Shown here: positions 13,506 through 27,340 of the stretch, one piece after another
Position numbering within the stretch: position 1 is the stretch's first letter
How the letters are laid out: every line of letters begins with the position of its first letter
Assembly (NCBI RefSeq): GCF_009914755.1
Contig: NC_060942.1
DNA length: 64,000 nt
From: the human T2T-CHM13v2.0 reference genome, Homo sapiens
Strand: one strand, 5' to 3'
Notes under the pieces: generated by a model
What the model was told of the DNA's origin: nothing
The model's database searches: none
The model's input: the letters and a program-made list of their open reading frames with translations, nothing else
Translations under genes and position numbers: made by a program

Positions 13506-14738
13506 GATATATATGATTATTAATTTATGTCTCTGGATGTGGTTTACAATCCAGGCGATCAGAGATAAATTCCAAGCAAAGTGGGGAATTTTTCTTCATG
13601 AATGTTTATAACATACTTCTTATCTTGAACTAAACGGAGCTACTGGTGTTTTTCTTCTGGCGTTTTTCATGAACACTTATTCCATTTTTATCCCAAATCC
13701 TTCAGCATACTCACCAAACGCTGTGACTCTGGCTCAGGTAGCATTTGGAGTACCAACCTCATGAGCCCACACAAATTTAATCTACGCCCCAGCTTGGCAC
13801 ACTACTTTTTAACTCTAGCGCATATTTATTTCCATAGAGTCTCCAACAACAACAACAACAACAAAAAACCTCGTTAGGATTCTTTTAAGTAGCACTCTCA
13901 ACGCTAAATACAAATAAAAGCTGTCTTTTATATTGGTTTGAAACTTAAAAACAGACTGGCAAATATTCTCTGGCTAAAATATAAATATTCCAAGTGTCAG
14001 GACAGCAAATGCAAAGCTTTAACACTAAAACCTATCTGATTAATGCTAAGAGTCTTTGAGAGGTTCTTGGTGTGGCAGCTGTAGGGTATGTACTATCTGC
14101 AGGTCCTCGAGGTAGAAGCCAGACCTCGGAATGCTCTAAAGACTGAGTGATAACAGTTTCAAATCACCATGAAGCTTTCCTGCAAGGCAAGGTAAATCCT
14201 TCCATGAAGAAAATATATGCAGATTTAGCTAGTTTCCAAATGGAAAGATGAGCTGCAGAGCTTTATACTGTTTGGAGGTTAAATTTGCCCAGTGGGAAGA
14301 CCAGTTAAGGAGAATTACAGTAGTTTAGGCTTGAAAAAATAAAAAAAAGGAAGGCAATGAATCAATGCTCCTAGATTGAGAGCAGTGCTTTTAGGCTTAA
14401 TGTTATAGTAAGTTATTTTTCCTCTAGAATAAAAGAAATATTTTAAATTATATTATTATTGTGATTCATAAATAAGAATATAGCACTGAGTTATTTTAAT
14501 CTGACACTGATGCTACCAGTAATTACAGTTTTCCATCGCAGCAGACGGGTGCTACTATAGGAGGTAAGAAAAAAGCAGGCATAAATAATATCAACATATC
14601 TATGTTTTGACCATTAAGACTACTTTTAAAAGAGTTAATAAGAAATAAAATGAATCTAGTCAGCAAACATTCTGATGTTCTGTCTAGTTAAAGGCAATAT
14701 TGATGCTGTTCAATATATGTGTTATACAGCATGTAATA

Positions 14739-15365
<627 letters not shown>

Positions 15366-16329
15366 TATTCTCATTTCCAGAATAATGGTACCCTAGGAAG
15401 TGCCTAGTCTTGATTTTTGTCATGATGGTGGTTTTATGGCTTTGATTTAGTTTTTACCTGATGGCATGTATTTGGAGAGGAACAAAGTAAAAAGAACAAA
15501 AAACTTGATGGTCTCAACAAAGTCCAAAACAAGTACCTTCAGGGTTTGACCTGACATTGAGGGCAAAGCTTCTAATCAAGCCAAAAATTTCCAGTTGAGG
15601 TCAAAGTCAGTTCAGTTTAAAAAATTTTAAGGAATGTTCTTGTTCCATTGTTCAGCGTCCCAGTTTTTTAATCATATAGTAAATAACTAATTTCTACAGA
15701 TATTGAAGACATTTAAGTAAAACCTAACTGAGCTCTTGTCTTGAAACCTATGCCACAGGATCAAGTGGTTTGGCTTGCAGATTTTGTACAAAACTAGTGT
15801 CAGAGGATACTTTGAATATGCTTTAAAACTAGCCTGTTCAAAGTCCAGAAGCTTCCATACCCAAAACATTCACTATGCCTTTGTAGATCATTTTTATCCA
15901 TTTTTCAAAGAAATAAATGCTATCAGATATCAGAAGGGTGATTCATCCTCAATAATGTAAATGTGATCAATCTTTGACTCCATCCCAGTAACTGGAAGAT
16001 TAAACATATATGGTTCATCACTTTCTTTAGCACAGTAGAGATAATTTAAGGAAGAAGGATAATAATGGAGGCATGCAATACTTACTCCTGTCAGAGTGGA
16101 GAAGGGAATCAGGAGAGTACTCAAAGACAGCTTAGAATAGTTTGCTCTCTTGATATCAATCATTGATTCACTATGGAAAAAAAAAGAACAATCCTGATGT
16201 AAATATGTCACTAAAAAGCATTGCCAAACATCCCCAACTTTGCTGCATTCACTGTGGAAGAAAGAAGCCTCTTTAGAAAGGGAATACAAGAAATTCCATT
16301 CTAAAAACAAGGTTTGAAACTCAGCTATC

Positions 16330-16440
16330 TATTCCTGGTCTCAAATGTGCTACATCCCAGCTCTATTCAGCCATGAATCCCCAGTGTCTAGGCCAGCACT
16401 AGTAGACATAAAATAAATGTTTATGAATAAATGAGTGAAC
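16330..16440 (+). mobile_element. L2 3' end
   Basis: ccccagtgtctaggccagcactagtagacataaaataaatgtttatgaataaatgagtgaa. Confidence 0.6.
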
Positions 16441-16814
16441 TACTTGTAGGCAAAATGCATCTAACTATGTGAAAGCAAACAATAGTTACACAATTATAAA
16501 ACAACTAACAAAAGCCTGGAATGTTTTTATTTCCAGTTGCCCTTACAGTTGCCCACTCTGGCTTTTCCTTTATATGCTAACTGTTCCAGTCCTTAATTTC
16601 TCCTTCTGGAAAATGGGGCAAACCTATTGTATCAGAGATGCTCATGACGAAAACAAGCAAACAATGACAACAACAACAAAACCAAGTAGGCTCTGTTACC
16701 TACTAAAACATACCCAGAAACCTGGAAAGGCTTTTCAGTAGACAGAAAGCACAACTGCAGATGTGACTGGATACCAAAATACTAAATCCTAAAAGAGTTT
16801 TTTTTAAGTTTCTA

Positions 16815-16970
16815 TTTTATTTATATGTATATATTATGCCTTTGTATACTATAAAAGTATATATCATATATAGTCAAGTATATATGTATCATATAATACA
16901 TAATATATATTTAGTTAAGTATACATAGTTAAATGTAACTATATATCATATGTATTTATATACATATAAA
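16815..16970. repeat. TA-rich low-complexity tract
   Basis: Degenerate (TA)n seen directly. Confidence 0.8.
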
Positions 16971-17489
16971 TTGCTTTCTACATAATCCCTAAATATGAGG
17001 TCCCACAAGAGTGTATCCAATGTCTTTGGAGATTAGAATTCCAGCAGCTCCACTCCGTGGATGTACTACGCAGTTTCTTCATCTCATATCTTGCCATTTC
17101 CTCATGGCTTTGTCAAGAAGTGACTCCTGCTCTTAGAACTCACAGATGTCTACCATTTATCCACTTTGGAAAAAATCTCTCCCTTCCTCTCTTACTACCC
17201 TACAAAGAATACCCCTCTCAATCCTCCTTCTTAGAGATATGCGGCATCATTTCTTCAAAGAGCTTTGGCATCTAGAAAAATAAGAAAAGCCTTTGGTTTC
17301 AAGCAGTTTCTGCTTTCTGTTCACTCACTTTAAGCTTTTCCTGAGGTAAGAAACTACAAGGTATTGATACCTGCCCGAAAAGATAGGAAGGAAAAATGTG
17401 GAGAGAAAAAAAGAAATATTTCAATAGCAGTCACAACTTTTCTGCTTTTACTATCTCTAAAACAACACCCTAGCCCATGTTCACCAAAA

Positions 17490-18265
17490 TCATTCATTCA
17501 TTCATTCAACAAGCATAGATTAGGACCTTCCTGCGTACTCAACGCTTGGAAGTATTCCGTGTGCATAAGGCCAACATGGTTCCTGCTCTCCAAGAGTTTA
17601 CTATCTAGTGACAGACAGAGACCAGACGATAGGTAAATGAAGACAGGGTAAAAGCGCTGAGATAGGGAACTCAGAGCCAAAGAGGGGACAGCAAAGCCCA
17701 GTCATAAGGCCTGGGGCCAAAGAAGGTTTCCCAAGTAAGTGACATCTAAGAAAAGCATGCAGGAAGAGTGAGGATCAACCAGGAAAATGAAGGTAGGAAG
17801 AGAGAGAGAGGAAGTGAAGGAAGGAAGATTTCAGGCTTTGAAAAATAGCCTGTGCACACATTCAGAAAGTGAAAAAAAAAAAAAGCAGCCAAAGATCTAG
17901 AAGACAGTCCAATCAGTCCAATATGTCTGGAGAAAAGAAACCTGAATATGTGGCTGATAAGCAGGTGTCAAATCCAGAAAGGTCTTCAGCCTGTTAAAGA
18001 GTTTAGGCTTCCTACTAAGGGCAATGTGTGCTTTAAGGGGTTTTAAGCAAGAGAAAAATGGCACCTTAGCTGTGGTGTAGAGAACGTAGAATCAGGGAGT
18101 CTGGTGTAAAATCAGTTGCAGTTGTCTAGGTGAGAGATGATGGAGCATAAACTAGATTAGTGGCAGTAGAGACATCAAGAAGGAGAGGTATTTGAGAGAC
18201 ATAGAAGAGAGCCAACAAATCTAGAAGCAAATCTGGGTGTTTGCATTGAGAGGAGAGGGGTCAAG
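17490..18265 (-). mobile_element. L2 element
   Basis: Begins with (CATT)n then caacaagcat, ...ttcctgctctccaagagtttactatctagtg..., ...taagggcaatg...ttttaagcaagag...ggtgagagatgatgg. Confidence 0.8.
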
Positions 18266-18269
18266 ATTA

Positions 18270-19080
<811 letters not shown>

Positions 19081-19253
19081 CAGCCCCAGATAATAACGAG
19101 CTCTTTCACCACAATCTCTTTCTTCATAACAAACTGCCAAGCATCAGGCATCAAACATTTTTTCTGCGTGAGACGTGATGACACAACTCATTGTCTTCAG
19201 ACAGGCTGGCCAGACTCAAAGTTAGAAAAAAATGGGTGTAAAATATTTGTTTC

Positions 19254-19572
<319 letters not shown>

Positions 19573-20219
19573 GAATCTTTTTGTTTTCATACAGAGAATC
19601 CATTCCTCATCTTTGCAGCTTTTCTCCTGAGTATGGCCATGTCACCTTCTTGAGTCTCTACAAAGACCAAGGCCTTCAACTGAACTGTAAGCACTGCTCT
19701 GCTAAGCCCCATTTGAGAATGATTCTGATTAATTGGTAATGGTCAATAAGGTACTAGCCCTTTCAGATGACTGATTTACATTTCAAAGGGAATATTTCAT
19801 GCCTTAACCTACTACTGATTTTCACACATTTTAAACAGTAAAATTCTTTTATGAAACTTACAAATTTATTCTTACAAAGAAGCTCAGCCAAGAGACAAAT
19901 GAAAAGGGAGCAGTTCTGGAGGAAGCTGGGGCAGAGGGTCCCGAGCCTCACCCATCGTTCTCCTCACCTCCTCGCCTCTCCCAAGTTATCCCTGTAGCAT
20001 TTAGAGCTTTTGCCCCAATTCAAGGTTAAGTTGGGGGAAAATAGCAGAAATCTGGGATCAAGTAAGAAACAGGTCTTCTCAAATCATAATATTAAAGCTA
20101 GCAAAGAATAAAAGGAAAGTAAACCCAACAATTCTTATGATCCTTTTCTTTCTATAAAAATTATATCTTAAATATCCATTATAGTACGTGCAAAATGACA
20201 AACAGAACAGGCAAATCAT

Positions 20220-20590
20220 CGGTCAGGGGCTTGGCAAGAAACAGATGGGACTCACAGTTTGGGTCATTTAAGGAAAGTTGAGTAAATGCATACACCCATG
20301 TGAGAGGCACAGGAATAACAGTGAATCCCATTAAAGCAGGCTGCAGTGATCATCTCTGGGCTATGAGGAGAGGCCCACTCAGGACCAGGTTCCCTAAGTC
20401 AGGGAGCAGCCAGCCTGGGTACCTCCTTAGGAAAAAGGCTGAGGAAAATGCTGTTACCTTACTCAGATTTAAGTGTGACCTATACCCAAAAGCCAGAAAA
20501 CAAAGGAACCCATTGAGACATACCCTCAGAGCTGAGCGAAAAAGGGTAGAAACTAAATCTGGAGCAAGACACACGAAAAATGCAGCAGAG
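20220..20590 (-). mobile_element. Ancient LTR remnant (LTR78/LTR79-like)
   Basis: ggtcaggggcttggcaagaaacagatgggactcaca...ccagaaaacaaaggaacccattga resembles these families; highly diverged. Confidence 0.35.
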
Positions 20591-22149
20591 GCAATTAACA
20601 TGACTTGTAGGTGCATGAATATTTTAATGTAATTTGAATACTTGGATTACAGTAAAACATAATATCACAGCATCCGACATTATATAAAATAGAAATTCAT
20701 ATAGTGTTAAGTTCAGGAAAATGAGGTAAGCTCATAAACGCTAAAAATAATACCTGTGACATCATGGGGCAATTATTTGGGTTTTTAAATATTTCTCCCT
20801 TGGGCATGTAGGAAAATTTGTTTGACCTTTAGTTAAAGACCATCTCAGGCAGAGAATTGATTGCATCTGCCCTCCAAGGTGATCATAAAGACAGTTTCAC
20901 AGCACAATTGCTACAGAGAAGCTTTTTCCTCAGGTTTTTCTTCGAGTGATTTGGTAAAAATACTTAGGTGACAGAATCATGGCCAAATGCCTCCCAAACC
21001 TGCCCTCCAAATTTTGAGGGAGTTAGTACTTAAGCTGCTTTGTGAGTATCTTTATTTCGCCACTGTGCTTGGGGACCAGCACCCACATACATGTTTGATT
21101 GGCATGCTGACCAAACACAGGATGAATGCAATTAAAGTATGCCTTATTTTTTCTTTTCTAAAGTTTCTTTGGATAGGCTGCAGGTAACTTGGGGTAACTT
21201 GTATATTTTCCACCAGTAACACTCTGACCGAGGCTCCCTTCTCCTGGTGTCTGTCCACTGCACTAACAGGCTTTCACTGGAGTCCCCTGCCTGACAGTCC
21301 TCCCTGCCAGGACCTGCTAAGGCTTCATGAAGGTTGCTCTCCTCCCAGAAGGGGCCAAGATGGAGTCTTGAGGGAACACTCCCATGGCAAAAGGGAGTTA
21401 ACTCTAGGTCTCTGCTCTCCTTTCTCTCTCCCCACCCCACCCTGCCCACGCCTCCCTTTCTCCTCTGCTCTCACTCTCTTCCCACCTGCTCCTCCCACTA
21501 CAGGCCATGCTGTTTTAGCTTTCACAAAGTGAAATCAGGCACCAGACCTCATGTCCCCAGCTCCAGGAAACTGGGCTTTTCAAGAGGCCCCTCTCAGCTC
21601 TCCACCTGCAGTACAGGAAAGCAGCCAGACTCTCCAGTGGGGTCCATGCAGGAAGGCATCTCTGTCTTTTGTGAATTTCTGAGCCATCTCACCAGTTCTC
21701 AGTCACTGACATTGAAATTTCCTCTTGGAGTTTGGCATCTCACTTTTAAATTTCACATCTATTCTATTTCAGTGTCTTGGACAAGATTTAAAAGTTAACA
21801 TTCTATTATACATTCATATGTACATTCACATATACATCCATACTCGATTTCATACTTTATACATTTACAGCTTTGAGATTTTGATGGTTCAACTCTGGGA
21901 CTTCACTAACTACTAAAAAACCTGATTGCTGTCTGATGGAAGCTTTCATATAGTAAATAGGAGCAAGTCTAAAACTTAACTACCTATTTATCTATCATTT
22001 CGTATGGAAGGAATTTAAAGATGGCTGTAAATATGCAATAACATAGTTTAATGGAAGACATTAGGAAAAGCATTAGCTGATTTTATATAATCCCTTGAGT
22101 TGGGTTGCATTTTATTTAATGACTTGAATGTGAATAATTAAATAGGTGG

Positions 22150-22290
22150 TTATTCTGTACTACTGATTCTTCTGCATATATAAAAATCACATGGGGGCCA
22201 TTAAAATTAAGATTCCTTGGAATCTCTCCAAGCGTCTCCATTTTATTAAGGTGATTCTGATGCATAGGTTAAAAAAATACATTTGAGAAA
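22150..22290. mobile_element. MER5-like fragment
   Basis: aatcacatggggg...agattccttgg...aggtgattctgatgcata...catttgagaaa. Confidence 0.55.
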
Positions 22291-22681
22291 TTTCTATATA
22301 TCCTGATGATATGCAGACCCTAATAATACACCTATAGGTATATTCAGGCATGACACAGGGACATCTACTTTCATATACCTAAAAGATGCCTTTTACGAGC
22401 CTCAGTCAGCATCCTGACCAGCTAATCAAGAAGATTATTTAAAGCTGAAATCATAAAAACAACGGAAACAATCCACATCTCTCTTTAACTTCAATGGGGA
22501 TAACATTTACTTATTCACCAGTCTTTATGGGGCTATCTTTTACTTTAGTATGCTTCTTCTGATTATTCTAATAGACCATTCTTTCCCAAGCGACACTCCT
22601 AATGTATTCCCTGCAATTCCCAGTTTGAGTTTCTTTAAAGTGGAGTCAGAACCTAAATACAAAATGAATGCAAATCCTTTC

Positions 22682-22998
<317 letters not shown>

Positions 22999-23322
22999 TG
23001 ACTTCTATTATTTCCTTCTAGCATTTTATAGCTATATAAAATATATAAACTTATAGTACACACCTAGATTTATAGCAATACATTTTAGTTACTCACCTCA
23101 AGCATCTTCAAAACACTCAACTTAGTTTCCATAAAAATAAAATCCAAAATCCCTATTTCCTTATTGAATTCATAGGGCATTGGTTGAGGTAGGTTCAATT
23201 AGGTTAAATGATAGCAATAACAAGAGTAACTGGTACACACAGGTTTGGGTAAGAAAAACCACTGACTCTTGGTAAGAATATGACTCACCTGTGGGGAGCA
23301 GCAGTGCAGGGTTGCACTAGAG

Positions 23323-23515
23323 TAGGAGTTGGCAAATGTTTTCTTAAAGAGCCATATCATAAATCCTTTATTCTGTCAACCACTCAACTCTGCCTTGTGA
23401 TATAAAAGCAGCCATAGGCTCTAAGTAAACGAATGGGTGTGGCTGCGTTCCAATAAACCATTTTGTTATAAAAAATAAGCAGCTAGTCCATAAATATGAG
23501 TTGGACAACACTTGG
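23323..23515. mobile_element. MER58A hAT-Charlie
   Basis: aggagttggcaaa...actcaactctgcc...aaagcagccatag...taaacgaatgggtgtggctgcgttccaataaa. Confidence 0.8.
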
Positions 23516-23521
23516 ACTAGA

Positions 23522-23682
23522 TCAATGGATTTCATGCATTAATTAGTGTGCATCAAAGCTAGCCAGCATTTCTAATTTGGTAGGTATAGGGTGAGGCCTG
23601 AGAACTTGCATTTCTAACAAATCCCCAAGTGATGCTGATTCTGCGGGTGCTGGGCCAGGGATCTCTCTTTGAGAACCACCAG
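23522..23682. mobile_element. MER5A
   Basis: gggtgaggcctgagaacttgcatttctaacaaatccccaagtgatgctgat...ctttgagaaccac. Confidence 0.8.
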
Positions 23683-23751
23683 ACTTGTATTTAACTGATT
23701 GGCTGTAGATGCCCAGTGTGCTGTGAGCAATGGTTAGTATATTTAATGAAG

Positions 23752-24150
23752 GTGTTTTATCCCAGGCTCCCTTGAAAACTAAGCCCTAAGAAAAACTTAT
23801 TAGCTAATGCTTTGAGAGGCAGAGGAACCCCAGGAAACAAGAATAAGGGAAAAGGAGAAGTGATGGGGGAAATGAGTGAGAGCAAAAACATGAAGGTATG
23901 TTTCTAAATAGGCCACAACTTCACAACAAACATAGCTGGTTGCCTGATCTCACAGGTTGTCTCCATAGAGCCTATTAAACTACTATTTTTTAAAATAGTC
24001 TTTGATGGGGAAGAAGGACGAGAAGTAGATCTGCTGGCTTCTTCCCTCCTTATTGGTTGAAACTCACCAGCATGTCCAGTTGTGTTTTCTCTCCCTGCCA
24101 CGCAGTTGCAGAGGTAGTTAGAGCTTCCCTGTGTCCTCTCCATCCACTCT
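23752..24150 (-). mobile_element. ERVL LTR16-like remnant
   Basis: cccaggctcccttgaaaactaagccctaag...ccccaggaaacaagaataagggaaaaggagaagtga. Confidence 0.45.
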
Positions 24151-25924
24151 GCAGGGATGGTAGACGCCTTTGTAACATTACTTTAGCTTGTACACTCAAA
24201 CCCATGTGTCTTGTCACTCCTCAAATGTGGCTATTCTCAAAATGTTATCTGCACTTCTTTTTTATTTTTTCAGAGATACCATTCATTCTCATGACTTCCA
24301 GTGACATCACTCTGTGATTTATTCAAACGACTATCTCGAGCCCTAATAACTTACCTGAGTATACTACCAGAGCAAGCCTTGGCGTCTTGTCATGCCCACT
24401 TCAGTTCTAGGGGAAACCACTCTTGATGCTTAGGAGGTTATATTTTATATCACATGATGCTGACACCTCTAGTGACAACTCATCAGACCTGACCCAAAGA
24501 AATCAAGCTGTTTTTGGATCATCATGGCAGATGGGAGGCAGGACTAGATTGCAGCTCCAACTCAAATGGACAGAGCAGTGTACAGAGGCTCCCATAGTGA
24601 ATTTTAGCTCCAGAATGACTGCAAGAACAAACCAGGAATCCCAAGAGGGCCCACAGACCCTCTGAAGGAAAAGGACTGCTCCTGTAGGACCTGGGAGACA
24701 CCCCAAATACTGAGTGCCCAAACTACAGAAGTGGGAAAGAGAGATCCTCTGCTCTAAAACACACACCCCTACTGGGGAAACTGAAGGTCTAGTATGCAGA
24801 AGTTTTCGACCTTGCCTGAAGCTGAGTCAATTTAGAGAGCAGAGTTAAATATAGGGGTAGAGGAAGCAGCGGGAAAGGCCCTGGGAGCTCACTGGGTCCC
24901 CAAGCAGGCCATTCCTGCTGACACCACAGGGATCCTTCGAAAGGGTGCCCAGAGGCATGGGGAAATTGCCACAGAGAGAAGGAGGTCTCCAGCTGAACTT
25001 TGTAACAGTTTGAACTGGGTGAGAAGCCTCCCAGCCAGAACTCTGAGGAGGGCACGAATCCTGCATGCAGACTCCAAGGGAGGGACAGGAACCAAAGCCC
25101 TTTTATTTTGCAGCTGGGAGGTGGGTAGCCTGGGGCAGGTTCTCAAGGCCTGCTCACTCACTGCCTGGAAAAAGACTTGGGGCTAATGGGGGGCATGGTT
25201 TGAGTGAGACCACCCCTTTGGATTGTGTGGGAGCTGGATGAGGCCTGTAACTGCTGGCTTTCTCCCACTTCCCTGACAACCTGCATGACTCAGCAGAGGC
25301 AGCCATAACCCTCCTAGGTACACAACTCCATTGACCTGGGAACCTCTCCCCCATCCCCCACAGTAGCTTCAGCAAGACCCACCCAAGGAGAGTCTGAGCT
25401 CAGACATGCCGAACCCTGCCCCAACCTGATGGGTCTTCCCTACCAACCCTGGTAGCTGAAGACAAAGGGCACATAATCTTGGAAGTTCTAGGGCCCTGCC
25501 CACCACCAGTTTCTCTCCATACTACCACAGCTGATGCTGTCTGGAAAGTGCCACCTCCTGGAAGGAGGCCAAGCAGAACAAAAATAGAACATTAAACTAG
25601 CAAAGCTAAGAACACTCAAAGAGTCCATTTCACCCCCGGCCACATCCCCCAGAACAGGTGCTGGTATCCACGGCTGAGAGACCCATAGATGGTTCACATC
25701 ACAAGACGCTGTGCAGACAACCCCCAGTACCAGCCCAGAACCAGGTAGACTTGCTGGGTGGCTACACCCAGAAGAGAGATAACAATCACTGCAGCTTGGC
25801 TCACAGGAAGCCACATCCATAGGAAAAGGGAGAGGGTACTACATCAAGGGAGCACCACATGGTACAAAAGAATCTGAAGAACAGCCTTCAGCCCTAGACC
25901 TTCCCTCTGACAGAGCCTACCCCA

Positions 25925-27340
25925 ATGAGAAGGAACCAGAAGACCAACTCTGGTAATATGACAAAACAAGGCTCTTTAACATCCCCTAAAAAAATCACAC
26001 TAGCTCACCAGCAATGGATCTAAACCAAGAAGTAATCCCTGATTTACCTGAAAAAGAATTCAAGAGATTAGTTATTAAGCTAATCAGGGAGGCACCAGAG
26101 AAAGGTAAAGCACAATGCAAAGAAATCCAAAAAAACGATTCAAGAAGTGAAGGGAGAAATATTCAAGGAAATAGATAGCATAAAGAAAAAACAATCAAAA
26201 CTTCAGGAACCATTGAACACACTTATAGAAATGCAAGATGCTCTGGAAAGTCTCAGCAATAGAATTGAACAAATAGAAGAAACAAATTCAGAGCTCAAAG
26301 ACAAAGTCTTCGAATTAACCCAATACAACAAAGACTAAGAAAAAAGACTAAGAAAATATGAACAAAGTTCCAAGAAATCTGGGATTATGTTAAACAACCA
26401 AACCTAAGAATAATCAGTGTACCTGAGGAATAAGAGAAATCTAAGTTTGGAAAACATATTAAGGGAGAAGACCACCCCTCATACTGTCTTATGCCCAATT
26501 TTTGCCTCCAAATTAAGAAGAAGTAAAAACTAAAAGGCAGAAATGAAATCCACAGGCAGACAGCCCGGTGCCGGGCCCTGGGCCTGGTAGTTAAAGATCG
26601 ACCCCTGACCTAACTGGTTATGTTATCCATAGATTCTAGACATTGTATGGAAAAGCACTGTGAAAATCCCTGTCCTGTTCTGTTTCGTTCAGATTACCAG
26701 TGCATGCAGCCCCCAGTCACGTACCCCCTGCTTGCTCAATCGATCATGACCCTCTCATGCAGACCCCCTTAGAGTTGTGAGTCCTTAAAAGGGACAGGAA
26801 TTGCTCACTTGGGGAGCTCGGCTCTTGAGACAGGAGTCTTGCCGACGCTCCCAGCCGAATAAACCTCTTCCTTCTTTAACTCCGTGTCTGAGGAGTTTTG
26901 TCTGCAGCTCGTCCTGCTACAATATTTGGGGGAGTAATCGAGGAAAACTTCCCTGGCATTGCTAGATACCTGGATATCCACATACAAGAAGCACAAAGAA
27001 CACCTGGGAAATTCATTGCAAAAAGATCATCACCTAGGCACATTGTCATCAGATTATCTAAAGTTAAGATGAAGGAAAGAATCTTAAGAGCTGTGAGACA
27101 AAAACACCAGGTAACCTATAAAGGAAAACCAATCAAATTAACAGCAGAATTCTCGGCAGAAACCCTATAAGCTAGAAGGAATTGGGGCCCTATCTTCAGC
27201 CTCCTCAAACAAAACAATTATCAGCCAACAATTTTGTATCCAGGCAAACAAATGCTGAGGGAATTTGCCACTACAAAGCCACTACTACAAGAACTGCTAA
27301 AAAGAGCTCTAAATCTTGAAACAAATCCTGGAAAAACATA
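25925..27340 (+). pseudogene. L1 ORF1p (RNA-binding chaperone) relic, disrupted by stops, frameshifts and LTR2
   Basis: Fragments EIDSIKKKQSKLQE...SNRIEQIEE and IEENFPGIARYLDIHIQEAQRTPGK...RHIVIRLSKVKMKERILRAVRQK. Confidence 0.9.
26460..26921 (+). mobile_element. LTR2 (HERV-E) solo LTR, 462 bp
   Basis: taagggagaagaccacccctcata...gtcctgctaca; 4-bp TSD atat (26456-26459 / 26922-26925); ttaaaa TATA-like at 26785, aataaa at 26858. Confidence 0.92.

Noticed and set aside
21334-21798. 154-aa plus-strand ORF
   Set aside because: Non-ATG start, low-complexity Ser/Pro/Leu content from a pyrimidine tract, no recognisable domain or exon structure.
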